Of a stretch of DNA of 64,000 nucleotides, positions 40,598 to 54,108 are shown piece after piece. A model generated the notes under the pieces. That model was not told the origin of the DNA. It made no database searches and saw only the letters and a program-made list of their open reading frames with translations. Positions within the stretch are counted from its first letter, which is position 1. Each line of letters opens with the position of its first letter. Origin of the DNA: Paragordius varius (Eukaryota; Animalia; Nematomorpha); contig OZ176052.1 of assembly GCA_964247055.1 (NCBI GenBank), positions 1-64,000 on the forward strand. Reading direction: 5' to 3'. Made by a program: the position numbers and the translations under genes.

Positions 40598-41852
40598 TTA
40601 AGTTTTAGTTTCAGGATCCTTATTTGATTTATCGTGATCATCGGTATTTTCTTTGATAACTTCCTGTATAACATTTATATCTGCAGAAGGATGTCTGTGA
40701 ACTATGAAATCTGCAAATATTTCCGAAACTCGTCGAATGTTTCCGCCTTGCCCGGGTTCTAATTCCTCCAATCTATCTTTCTCTCCTAAATCTTTAATCG
40801 ATAAAGTCGTGGTTGTAGAATTTGCATCATTTTTTATATCAGCCGGTTGACTATTTTCCGCACTTTTTTCAATAGTTGAATTATTTGTCGTTTGCTCAGT
40901 CGATCCATGCGATGTGATGTATTGATGACTAATGTTAGTATTCTCAGCAGTTTGGGTATTATCATTAATAGTATTCGTATCTGCTACCATTTGGTTATTA
41001 TCGTTTGTATGAATATTTTCCAATTTATACTTTTGATGTGCATCCTCCTTTCCTGCGTTAGCAGTAGACGTATCTTTTGTGCTCAGAGTTACATCATTAA
41101 GGTTAGAAGATGTTTCCGATCCATTCGGTTCCGATATGATATAACGTTCTGTTAAATTTGTAGATTCATAAACCGGATTCATCATGCTGCTAGAATCATC
41201 GACTGAAGAAATCTCTTGAAACGAATCAGCTGGTTGCAAAGTGTTTGTGTTTTTGCTATTTCCATTATTGTTTGAAAGCGTTGATACATAATCATTATTG
41301 ATTTCCCCCTGTTCCGAATGATAAAGATTAGTTTTCGATCCACCAATATGGCTTGTAACATTATTTATATCATGTTGATTGGTAGTGCTGTCTAAGGCAT
41401 CTTGCCGTTTAAAAGTTGTGGAGGTGAGAGAAGGTCGTTTTCGGATCACAGCTTGGACTTGAACTGGCAAAGATTTATTGGAATTCGATTCGTTTTTATT
41501 TTTATCCATTCGAATCGATTTTTCTGAATGTTGATTTCCTTGATTCGGGGAAATGTCTTCGTCATATGCATTAGCTGACTTTTCCAAGAAACTTTTGTTT
41601 TCATTTTGATTCACTTCACTAATATTCATTCCAGTATAGTGTTTATCTCCAGCAGAACCCTTTAATATCCGTTCTTTAACATGGTCGATATTATAACTGT
41701 ATTCATTTTGATCAAAAGAATGTCGAGGGTGCAAATCCATATGTTTTAACTGTTCATCCATTTCCATTTGATGACTTTGAAGAGGAGGGCTGCTTTGTTG
41801 CAAAGACCATCCATGCAAATTTTTATACATAGTTGGGGAAAATGGCGTTTGG
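40598..41852 (-). CDS. Candidate alternative terminal exon (418 codons) of the 42.3-52.6 kb gene; N/S/T-rich low-complexity
   Basis: The 410-aa ORF extends upstream to the acceptor tattCAG|c caa acg cca (41852). Its phase 2 matches the donors at 48348 and 44683. It could instead be a separate single-exon gene starting at ATG 41830. Confidence 0.6.
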
Positions 41853-42294
41853 CTGAATATAATTTAAAGTGTTTTATAAAAATTTCAATCCATTTCCATA
41901 TAAACATTTCATTTGAGTCAAACAATCATCCATCGTGGCATTTAAGAGTAATCATAACATGTAAGTAGAAATAATTTTCTTGCGGTTAGTATATGTTAGA
42001 AGGAAGAGAGAAAAGAATTGAAGGCATTTCAAAACGTAAATCCATTATACTTTTAAAATTAATTGAGACTTCCAAGAAGATCGTTTAAGGTTTTTTTATA
42101 AAAATGAAATATGTTTTTAGAAAGTATGTTAAGTATTCATTCAAATTTTAAATAAAAAGTAGGAGGGTATAATATATTAATTTGATGGGAAACAATGACA
42201 ATGATTACAGAGGGGTTAGGGTTGATTAGTAAACAATGACATAAAATAATTAGTGTTATTAAACAGTGAAATTGTTTTAGGAATAGAGAACTAA

Positions 42295-45200
42295 CTAGTT
42301 TGTGTAATGACGCGCTATATCTTTCACAGTGACATCCACAACGTCTCGGGGGTCTGTTTGAGAAACATGAGATCTTACGACCCCGCTAAAGTTCTTATGC
42401 AAATTGTGCAGCTCCTGAATATCTATGATGTCATCTGGGGACTTGTAAATAGCATTAGGATCGATGTTAGCCAATTTCTTGACACTTCCATCCTTGAAGA
42501 GGAGCATAATATCAACGTGATTCCTATGATATGCATTATGAGGCTCCTGTCGTTCATGAAATATAACAGCGATTAGTGTTGGATCCTGATACTCATTGTA
42601 GGGGAAACGATGGTAGGCATACATCTTTTCTATTCTATCCTTTGTGTATAATCGGATACCCTTGGTATGTACCGAGATATCTGTTGGGAGAACACGGTGA
42701 TGTACAGAAATTAAATTTTGTTGCGTTGCATATTGATCGCTCTCACCTTGCTTTTGCCGTTGTTGTTGGAGTTCTGCACGAAAAATGTTGCGATTATCTG
42801 TTGAATTTCCACCCGTATGATGGTAAAAAATATTGCCCCCAACGTTATCAATGTGTCCAAGCTCACCCTGTTTATTGGTTGATGACTGATTCCCACCAAT
42901 TTTAGAGCGGATGTTTGTATTTGAGTCGGCATGAGTTTGATTTCTTTTGAGATCAGCATTCAAATAATCCTTGTAGCCTTCTAAGTGATACAAACTGGTA
43001 TCTATCATTTTGTAGGGCGTGTCGCTCTCATCTTGCCTCCGAAATTGTTGCTGAGACGTTGGAGAAAAATCAAATTGCGATTTTTCTATATTGGTGTTGG
43101 AGGATGCGAGATTCGTATTACTTATACGCCATCTTGGGGAGTGCAACGATTCCCTGTGTTGTGTGTTTTGATAATTGGACGAAGGTGCCGTGTCCCTAGA
43201 TTGGCTGTAAATTGTACCTTTTGCATTTGATGTGAATTCAGGAGAAGATTTATCTTGATATCTTAGGTATTGGTTGCGCAGATTATCAGAAATATTTTGA
43301 TTATCATATGCCTGATTCGTAGAGGCTTGCAGGTTTGATGCCAATTTACCATAGGAGGTATCACTTTTAGCATGACCATATTTATGCTGGGGAGTTTTGT
43401 AATCTCCCATTTCCTCTTTATCTAAATGAGTTTTGGATTGTTTTAATCGCGAAAGTACCCGCTCAGGTGATCCCATCGAATTTATTTCATTGAGAAAGGG
43501 TAAACTTTTACGGTCATTACTTTCTTGGTTAACATTATTGCTCTTTTCACCCTTATTTTTTGATGAAGAAATTAATGTTGAAGCAGTGGAGCGAGTTTCC
43601 CCTTTCATGTGTGAAGCCGATGTGGACGATATTGGAGATGCGATTTGTTGTTTATTTTCATAGTATCTATTGCTGTCATGAGTATCATATTGATTCATAT
43701 AATTAGGCGACTGTTTTGGCCCCTGAGTTTTATGAGTAGCTGCTTGCGCTGTTTGATTAATTAAAGTCCTGTCAACAAAATCGGTTTTTCCATGAACATC
43801 ATATGTAATCGCATTAGATGCCCATGAGGGTTTGTTGCCATAAGGAGTAGCGTTTTTATTTGATGTTGCCGTTACCATGGATGGTTGCATATTAACCTTT
43901 TCAAGCTGATAACCCTCATTACCGAACTGACCCTTATGACCATGTTGTTTTATTTGTCTAGAAGAATCAATCTGTCCCTGAAAACTTTGAATATTTGTCG
44001 GTGTATTTTGAGTTACGTTTTTATCCTTTATTTGAGTCATTTGTGCGCTTTCATTATTAGTACGGGAGTAAGTGACATTGTTTTGAATGTTTTGAACATT
44101 ATTATTTGTACTCATGGTATGGGGATGTTGTCGTATTTGATGCACATTGATTTCATGGATATCTATAACCGAAGGTCTGGCTTGATATTGAACATTATAT
44201 ATACTATCTGATCTATCCCGGGGCCGTGTAGAGGCCGATTCTTCTGGTAAGCCAATACTGTAAAAATATGAAGAATTATGTTATTATTGGTCATATTAAT
44301 TATTGAATGCAGTTTTAAGGCACACACACGCACAGCTTATAAGAGATCTTTATTTTACGAAATCAACAAATCTATCCATAGGAAAATTATTAGAGGCATC
44401 TTTTTTAAAATGATCTGAGGCAGAATAAAATACGGTGTATTTTTAAAATCGAGATGTGTGTTGTTATTATAGAAATAAATCTGGACACAATTCAATAAAA
44501 TATAGCATCACGCTCGTAGGAGAGGATAGTGGGTTAATATTTGTTAGTGAAATCAGAATTATGGTTATTAAAATAATATTTACCTTCGTCTGACAGTGTG
44601 ATTTAAGAATATTTTATATATATATGTGTTTTCCTAAATGCATTCATTCATGAACAATGCAAAATATATGATAACTCCATACTGATATTCCACAACTTTT
44701 TCATGTGTAATGGGATGGGTCTCTTGAGGTTTTGCGTGCTCATGATGATCCCGAAGAGTCACTGTAGCTATTGTTGTGTCAAGGGCTTCTGGTTCAAGTT
44801 TTTCCACGTGATATGATATCGATTCAACATTATTGGTCGGGCCTTGAAAAGTTTTTACCTTTTGGTGTTGTGATTTATCATCGCTCTCTAAATATTTTAC
44901 TGAAGAGATGTCATTCCTAACACCATTCTTATTGGGAACGTGATAATGTTTTACTTCAACGGCGGGCGATTCAATATTTTGAATATGATTTCTTGGGTAT
45001 ACGGCCTCTGTTTTAGCGGACGAATCTTTCACCTCTACTATTCTTTGATCGTTTGCATGTTCATATTTATAAGCTTCTCTCTGAGGTGAGACATGAGTTT
45101 CATCAACCAAATGCCCGGCATGAGAAACACCCGATGAGTCATGTTTTGCCGCATCAGCTACGTGATGCAAATGAGACATTACGCTTTGTGGTGATTGGAA

Positions 45201-48200
45201 ATGATTTATTTCATCCAAATACGCTCTAGACATTTCATCTGATTGACGTTGTTGTTTATTTTGATATTGATCTATGGTGGGAGAGATTTGATCGCCATGT
45301 TTCATATAATGAGATGTGTCATGGATAACGTTTGAAGGGACATGATGCAAATGTGCCATAACTGCTTCCGGAGATTTTAAATTCTTAATATCGCTTAAAT
45401 AAACTTTAGCCTCTTCCGGTGGATGTTGTATCACCCGTTTCAATGCATTCTTTTGTTCGTCAATTTTTATGTTTACATTTAGATTGGATAAAACATCTTT
45501 AAACTTATTTGAGGTTTGTTGTGAACTATTGATATCAGCAATCGAATATCCTTTATGCACCTCACTATAAGGCACATTATGTGGGGGAACACCCTCTGAT
45601 TTATAATCCCTAAAATGGGTTGCTTTTTCCGGAGTTTTATGAGATTGAGTTGGTTCCTGCTCTTGATACTGTATAACTTGGCCAGGATGATTGATAGACG
45701 AATCATGAATTTTATCCTGTTTCACATGATGTAAATGAGCCATAACAGCTTCTGGCGATTTCAAATAATTAATATCGCTTAAATATGGTTTATTTATGGG
45801 TGCAACATTTGATTTCGAGTACAGTACCGAAGGTGTTTGATTAATATTTTGTTGGTATGTTGAGCTCAGCAAATGTTGACCAGAGACATCAACAACATGC
45901 CCTGAATGACGTACGGAAGAAGCATCGTGCTTAGCAGTTTCGGGTACATGGTGTAAATGATGCATAACTGAATCCGGAGATTTAAAGCTATCGATTTCGG
46001 TCAAATAAGCCCTGTCACTAATATTCCTCATAGATTTTGATCTATCTGGGCCGCCTTTGAATTTTTGTGTTTTCGAAATTTCTGTTGATTCATAATAATC
46101 TACAATCGATGTTTTTTCATTTCTAGGAAATCGAGAAGCGCTTCCTTCGTATCTTGTCTTCTCTTGTTCATATCTTTCCTTATTGTTAGGGTATGATATT
46201 ACATTATCATCATACATTGTATAACCTTTTCGCTGTTCATCGGAATATTCATTTGGGTAATAATTTTTATTATCGAATTGTATATTCCTTGAAACTGAAT
46301 AGCTTCTTTTATTACCCCTGTCTATACCACTAATACGTTCGGATTTATTTCTTGTCACTAAATTTCTTCTATCTATTTCTTGCAGATATCTTTTGTTACT
46401 TTCAATAGCATCGATATTCTTGTCGTCATAAATAGTATAACCTTTCCTTTCTTCTTCGGAAAACTCGATTGGCTTACGATTTCGATCATAATTCAAGCAT
46501 TCACGTTCGACCGAAATTGAATAACCTCTTTGTTGATACCTATCGCTTTTAGGAAAACGGTTTCCATTAGATCTTACCAAATTTGAATCATCGAAAGATA
46601 CAAATCGATTCCTATCTTTCTTCATATTTTTATCATATGTTTTTGAAATTATCGTTTCTTGCTGATTAGTGTATCTTCTCTGAATCTGATGACAACCACA
46701 TAGACATTCGTCTTCTGGCTGATAGATATCATGCATGCATGTGCACGAAATCTGGATGGGATTTGCAGATGAATGACGTTTTAACATGAGCGCCCGACTT
46801 TCTTTCGATGGGTAGTATTCCCGTGTTATGAGCTCAAAACGACCCCCTTGATCATAATATTTGGTTTGCACTGATGAATCTTGTTGAGTTAAATTAGGAT
46901 TTGAAAAATAATGATTTGAGGATTTTTGGGGAGAAACGCTCCCAAATGTCCCATCATCGATAAAATATCCACAGACGCTACAATGAAAAACGGAAATTTA
47001 CTTTAATAATTGACACATCGCTAATATGAAGGTTAGTACATTACAGGAAGAAATAAATCGAAAATACGGGTCATTATTGTTTGGATAGTTGCATGATGTT
47101 AATGTGTTAATAAGAGAAAATGGTTATTTGAGGTTGCCTAAATTTGTAGGAAACTTTGGAAACTTCTATAAACGCATCAAAACACGCTGAAGAATTTCGT
47201 TAGTTATCAAATTTGTAACAAAATGTATTTGAATTGTATATTAGTTAAATCAAAAGTACAAGAAAAATCACAAAATTTAGCTTAAAAAATCGAATTGGTT
47301 AGTATATATTGCCTTTGAGTAAAAGATGTTGTGCTATAAATCATTAATTTTTCAATAAAAAATAGATTGAAAATATTGAAAATAATATGCGCATTAAAAT
47401 GTCAAGAAAAATTATATATATGGTTATAATAATGACAGGCAAAGTGTGAAAAACGAGAGATAACAGAGACAAAACCAATTGTATTATTGTTGAATGTACG
47501 AAATTGCAATTCACAAACCAAGTGAGACAAAACATAAAAATTATTATAATTTTTAACAGTATTTAATTTATACCCTACAAATGATAATATTGTAAATAAA
47601 TATATTATTGAGTGTGCCAAATCTATATTCTTTGTTTTGCAACCCAAAACAATATAGAATACATTAAAAATTTAAAAATTTGATTTCATATAAAACATAT
47701 TAGTCTTTCTTGTCCTAATTTATTTGCTGAACGCTTATGATTGTTTCAACACATTTGAAACTAACCGTATTATTGGCTATAACGGTCTTTGAAATGGTGA
47801 AAGTGAACAAATGTGTATTAATGCTAGGTCTCTTGCTTTTGTCATAATGTGGATTAAGCAAGATTAAGCAAAAAAATATTCTATTACACATATTAAATAT
47901 TTTCAGTCACCAATTATAGACCTTTTCAACCAAAAAGAAACTCAGTTTAATGTATTTTAATTATGATATTAAGAAAGTGGTGGCCAAATTTTTTATATTA
48001 TAATGTATTTGGTAGGGCCAGTTGTATGCTGCCAGTCTTGCAAAGACGAGAGTTAAAGCTTTCAAATGTCCCATTTATATCCTTTAACAAAAAAGGAAAA
48101 AGAGGCTTTTATTTGTATATAATGTCAATGTATTAAGGTAATGAAAAATTGATTTAAGTATTAAATATAAATTTATATATATATACCGAAATTCAATCAG

Positions 48201-50217
48201 CAGTGGAAATATATATATATTGTTAATGAAAAGAGAAACATTAGTGAAAAACAGGTAAAAGATAGACTAGCAAAATACATAACAAACAGTAACTCAGAAG
48301 AAAATATAGGCAACAACCAACGATTATTAATTTAGGACATGACATACTGAGTCGTAGCATGTGGTTGTGAATGCGCAGGATGCATAGGATTGGGCTGTTG
48401 AAAAGCTCTCTCGGCAGGTCTCAAGGGAACAGCTGCCCCGATCTCCTCAGTGTACACGAGGGACGGATTGTTTTCTGCGAGAACGTTGCTTTCATAGAGG
48501 CGCTGAACCCGCGCTATTCCCTCCGAAGGCCGACGGAATCCACCCACCACACCCTTCGAAACTTGCGGGCCACCTGGAGCGGTTTGGGGAACAGCTGTTT
48601 GTGGCTGTGCCACGCTCCTGTTTGGAAGGGGTGGTGCCTTGGGAGGATATTTTTGATCCTGAAATTTTTGGGGATACTGAGTCCAAGAAGGGTGAGGCAA
48701 TGTTGCTTGCTGTTGTGGAGGAGCCATGCTTGCACCTCCAAAACTAGTCTGCTGCGCATTTATATTTATAGCTTGTCCTTGTTGAGGAGCTCGTTGTGAC
48801 ATATATTGATTTTGGGCATAAGAGCTAGTTTATTTTTTTATTGTATTATTTAACTTTTTAAATAAACTGCGAACGTATAGACTGATAAACAAACATGTGT
48901 GTAAAAACAAAAGTAGAATAGTTTTCAAAATAGAGAAGAGGAAATAATAAAAAGTAAATTAACCATAATAATGTAAGGATAAAATTTGATTATAAAAAAG
49001 ATATACCCAGACTGCTGTTGCCCGTAAGGTTTAGCTGTTTGATTGTGACTGTATCCTACTGAAGGTTCTTGCTAAAATCGACATAAAAGAAATGTCTCAA
49101 TGATTTACCAAATTTAAAGTGTAATGCAACAGCATAAGTATTAAAATGAAATAAACATATTATTATATTTAAAAAATGAATAAAATGTTAATAGAAATCT
49201 TGTAAGCATATTATACAGATTTAATTTGTGATGCCTAAGACTCCTGAAAAATATGCTTAAATACAAAATAAAGAGAAAAATGTACATAATTCAAAAAAAA
49301 TTCATAAAAATATATATATGACAGACCATTTGTTGTTGAAAATTTTGCTGTTGACCATGTTGGAAATGGTGTGGAGAGTGTTGATGTCCAGGGACGGGAA
49401 CATAATGGGGCGTGCCAGACGTGTCTCCAGACCCAGCTCCCGAGGGGGACCCAATAATTATATTCCCACTGCCATCTCGATATTTTTGTAGATTACTGCA
49501 ATACAAACACCACCCGTAAAAATGTTATTTTAGAAATTATAAAGTTAAATTTGTCACGTATAAACATAATGCATATTTTTAAGTCAAAAATGTAGCTTTC
49601 TTTATTTTAGTGATTTTAAATAAAATATATCAGCTTGACAAAAGAGTATGTGTTACGTTGGATACAAATCCAAAAATCATTCTTTATAAGTCAGCTGTTT
49701 TAGAAAAATTCTATATTTTTAAAATGGAAAAACTTTGCAAATTAATGATTAAGCATTACATGAGTTTTTTGCGATCCAATATACTTTTAGATTATTAGGT
49801 AAAGCGTAAATTAGAATTCGTAATTTGCTTATGAGGCTAAAAAATTTGAAAACTATTAAAGTATGAATCCTTAAACAATTTTCCATAAACAACGTGAAAC
49901 CAATTTAACCGAACAGATTAATAAGATGTATTAGAGAAGGTATGAACCTAGTACGTAAAAACTATGCCTTTTTCAAAACTGATACGTTAGTTTAATTTTT
50001 CACAGAAGCCATATAAACAATAAAATGTAAACTTTTAATTTGAATTCTAATACTGATTTTTGCATTTTAGACGCTTTACTTTATACGGGTGAGAAACAAA
50101 GCTATAATTTTGTAAATATGTAAAATAAAGATAAAAAGTTAAACTAAATGATTAACATTTTTTTACAAATAAAACAATATTTCTTCACTTTTTCTATGGA
50201 ACCTAAATGGCTACAAT

Positions 50218-50254
<37 letters not shown>

Positions 50255-52557
50255 AATGCGTACCAATTTACATCAATAATCCTGATATTGCAACCAAAAA
50301 CAATAAATTATATTAAAATCAATGATAAAATATGTTAGTCTTTAAAAAAATATTAGTCTTATAATATTACGATCTTTGAATGACAACTTAAATAAGTTTT
50401 CGTTTTTGCGGATTTTAAAAGCTGGCAAGTTTTCCCATTCAAAAATATTAGAATTAGATAAGCCATATCTTTGATCCTAAATGGGGAACAATATCTAAAT
50501 ATACCATTTTTTTTAATGCGATATAAACCATGACATTTATTAAATAACACATATTTAGGATGTTTATCGCACTGGTACCAATTTTCTGTATTTATATTTT
50601 AATTGTTATCAAATTTGTCAAGAGTTGGTTTAATTAACCGAGATTTTATTGAGTTGGAAATGCTTATCATTATATATAATGATTTCACACTATCTCTCAT
50701 AATGATTTTTTATTAAAAAGGTATAAAAACCATGGATTATGACTATAATTATTAACTAAAAAAGTTAAACGATTTAGATCACATAGGCATGCAAGAAAAA
50801 GGTTTTGGCAAGAGACCTAATAGTATTAGGTAAGATTGTTTAAAATTAAATTCAGAGAGCGGGTTAAAAGAAATTGAAACTTGGGATGCTGGTTTAAAAA
50901 AGCTGCAAACTTTGCTTGTGGAGTTTGACCTCGAGGGACACCGGCTAAAGCTAAACCTTGCGTAAGATAAGATCCAATCACTCGATCTGCTTTAGGTTTG
51001 ATGCTGGGTGTTATGATAGGCCTGGTTCGATAAGGCTGCAATAGCAAAATAGTAAATTAGCCAAGTTTTTCCTTAAATTTGAAATAATAATGCAGTATAT
51101 ATACTTGATTTATAATTTCTTCGGCTTCTTTGAACGTGTCAACCTCATAGGGTGGAGATGTGGACCATTCTGGATTTGTTTTGCCAAGAGGAGACATTCT
51201 ACGCTCAGCACTTGGCGCTCTATAAATTATATTGACATAAATGCTGATACTTTTTATTATACAGTCCGACATTTTTTTAGATCATAATTAATTTTTCCAA
51301 TTTAACTCTGAAATGCCTCATTACCAGTAGCGGAATTGTAAAACTAAACAAAATCTAATAAATAATTCTAAAGAAACCCGTTATAATGTCCCTTGCACGC
51401 CCTTAGTTTTGCCACTGCTTTTACCAAAATAACAAAGTTGTAAACAATCCTTAAAATATAATAAATGACCTATATTCCGGCAATGGATGTGCATATTCCG
51501 TCAGAGTCCCAATATTGATTCCGCTCTTGTACACAAACTGAGGTGTCGGAACTCCGTGGATCCTCAGATACTCGGCGGTGTTGGCCGAGCCCTCGGGTCC
51601 CATAATGACACCTTCTCCACTGGGAAACTGACTACTGGACGCTGGGGAAGGTTGATGCATATCGATTCCCCCATTTATGTTTGCCATTGATGGAGCTCCT
51701 TGATTATAGTATGAGGTATAAGCGCCCTGGGGTTGTCCTCCGCTTTGTGAGCCACTTTGATAATGATGAGCCTGTTGATTAAACTGATTCGTATTTTGAA
51801 AGTTCTGATTCTGGTATTGATTTAGGTTTTGATAAGATTGAGAACCGCCAAAATTATTATAACCGGTACCAAGTTGAGCAGCAGTTCCAGGTGCGTGAGC
51901 ATATTGATTTTGTTGTTGAAAGGGTTGATACGAATGACCACTTTGTCTGGCATCATCGTTTACAACTAATATGGAAAAACATTACAATAAATAATGACCT
52001 TTTTGAAAAATTGCGAGGCCACCAAACTCTAGGTTTGGACCACCATGTTTTATTTAAAACATGATCATAAAATGATCTTTTTACAATATTGACTACAGTA
52101 ATATAGATTTATTTTTAAACGCTTAACATTGCTTTAAAAGTGTTTCTAAAAATCATTACCAACAAATCTATTTGGGCTTGCTTGGTTTTGTCTTTGTTGC
52201 TGTTGGTAGGGCTGTTGATAAGGCGCCGAATTCTGGTAAGAACCATCAGAACCTGCAGGAAGTCCAAAAGACCGAACTCCAGTTCCACTGGCCGCCGATG
52301 ACTCATCATAAAAGTATTCACCCTCTCGATTGGGTTGATAAGCCCCTTGACCCTGTAAAAAGCGTTGAGGCGAAACCGATCTCGTCCGGCCATTGACTCC
52401 ACCAACTGGGATAGTATCTTCCAACACGCTTCCATACTGCGAAGGGGATCCTTGGCGACTGCGACTCATAAAGAGACCACTCCGAGCCGATTTCAACGGA
52501 CTGTGTTTCACCCAGGATGGAACATCTTGGTCTCGACTTTGGGCATAAGCGCCTCCG
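42295..52557 (-). CDS. Large (>=2043 aa) largely low-complexity Q/N/S/H-rich protein with His-rich WH2-like repeats; 5' end not found
   Basis: Exons 52557-52160, 51965-51470, 51219-51105, 51035-50881, 49495-49327, 49071-49007, 48824-48348, 46977-44683 and 44257-42295 are all GT-AG with consistent phases. They join ORF-track pieces 52146, 51451, 51057, 50826, 49291, 48332, 44634 and 42295 into one open frame. No recognisable globular domain. Confidence 0.8.
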
Positions 52558-52901
52558 CTAAAATTTTAATTAAATCATAAATTTATTTATTAAGATTATT
52601 AGATAATCGGGATTAGACCAAAATGGCTAGAAAATTAACGATACAGTAGTTTAGTTTTTAGTCTCTAATGTTATGAAAAGCATTATCACAAGTTAATAAA
52701 GTTTGTAAACGAAATCAAACTTTATGTCATTTGAATTTCATTATTTTATTTAACGAAATAAAAATTACAGTAAAATTTGAAATTATACAGACAAAACATA
52801 AAGAAAATATTTTTGAAAAACAACCCTTATCTCTAGAATCTTATTTTTATTTGTAACACATTATTTAATATTGAAAAGTGTCAAATAGAAGTATATTTTA
52901 C

Positions 52902-53910
52902 CAAGGGCGTACCGAGGTGGGGGCAAGGGGGTGCATCATGCCCCGGGCGCCGCTATTTAGGGGCGCCTAAATGATTTTAAAAATTAAATTTTAATTATGC
53001 AAAAATAATAAGAAATTTCAAATAAGATTTTTCAGCAATTTAGGTAAGAAATATTATACATAAAAGATATTTTTTCTCTTAGTTGCCTTTTTCCTTTCCA
53101 AGTGATAAAATCTTTATATAATTAATATTTTATTAAATAAATTGGATTATAATTCTGTTAAAATTGTATTGTAAAATTTGCCTTGATTTACAATTATTTT
53201 TTAAATTATTATTGTTCGCTATTATCATAAGATCACTTCAATATATGCAACAAAAATATTATTTTTATATATAACTAGCGTAAATCTCGTCCTGCTACGC
53301 AGCCCGAGAAAGTCCTTCTTATGGGGAGGGGGGGGGGGGGGGCTATTTGAAAAAAGGGAAAATAAAATGATCCACACATGTGAATTATTTCGAAACATTA
53401 TTTAATAGCTATGATCTCATAAGAATTTCAAAACGCTGCATTCATACTAATATATTGTTTACTTGAGCGAAAAATAGATTCAAAAAATTATTTTTGTGGA
53501 CTTTGTTTTTTCAAAAAATATGGCATTTTACGGGGGGAGCGGGTAAAAAGAAGGCCTAAATTAAAAAAGCGAGACGACTATGTTTGGCGCAATCGAAAAT
53601 AACTAAACAAAAATCATATTTGAAATTGAATGGTCCATAACGTTCTCCGGAAAATTGTATCAAAGACACGATTTTTGTGGACTTCTGTTTTCAAAAAAAA
53701 ACGTTTTTTACACGGGATGGGCCCGAACTTGGGGCATAATTTAAGAAAATGGCGAAGCTATTGTCGGGGGATTCATTAATGATTAGATTTTTTTGACATT
53801 TGGATTTGCATTGGTTTACCGGTTTTCCGGAAACAGATCACAAAGCCATCTATAGAATTTATTAGAATATTTATGTATTTAAAAAATATATTTAGTATCA
53901 TATAAATATA

Positions 53911-53946
<36 letters not shown>

Positions 53947-54108
53947 ATAGATTTAAAATTTATATGACTGTGCAGTCTTATCTATGGTGTTTAGGTTACA
54001 ACGTTTGTATTTTTTTTACTAAATCGTTTTATTGGCTTTTTAAAACAAAAGGGGGGGCGCCATAAAAGTTTTATGCCCCGGGCGCCGCAAATGCTCGGTA
54101 CGCCACTG
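52902..54108. mobile_element. Non-autonomous hAT MITE
   Basis: TIRs CAAGGGCGTACCGAG and CTCGGTACGCCACTG, with a perfect 8-bp TSD TATTTTAC (52894-52901, 54109-54116) and subterminal GCCCCGGGCGCC motifs. The right ~150 bp are homologous to 7780-7910. Confidence 0.9.
53272..53950 (+). mobile_element. Possible Helitron/Helentron-associated non-autonomous element nested in the MITE
   Basis: Starts TAACTAGCGTAAATCTCGTCC, has a poly-G run and an internal duplicated block (tttttgtggact...ttttcaaaaaa), and ends in (TA)n...atagat. This is a resemblance to HINE/DINE-like architecture only. Confidence 0.35.

Noticed and set aside
42214-42225. ggggttagggtt interstitial telomere-like sequence
   Set aside because: Under two full units; expected by chance.
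42307-44211. Plus-strand ORFs overlapping the large minus-strand exons (also 40892, 48371, 51487, 52172, 63024, 63595)
   Set aside because: Antisense shadows of real coding sequence; no domains or splice support.
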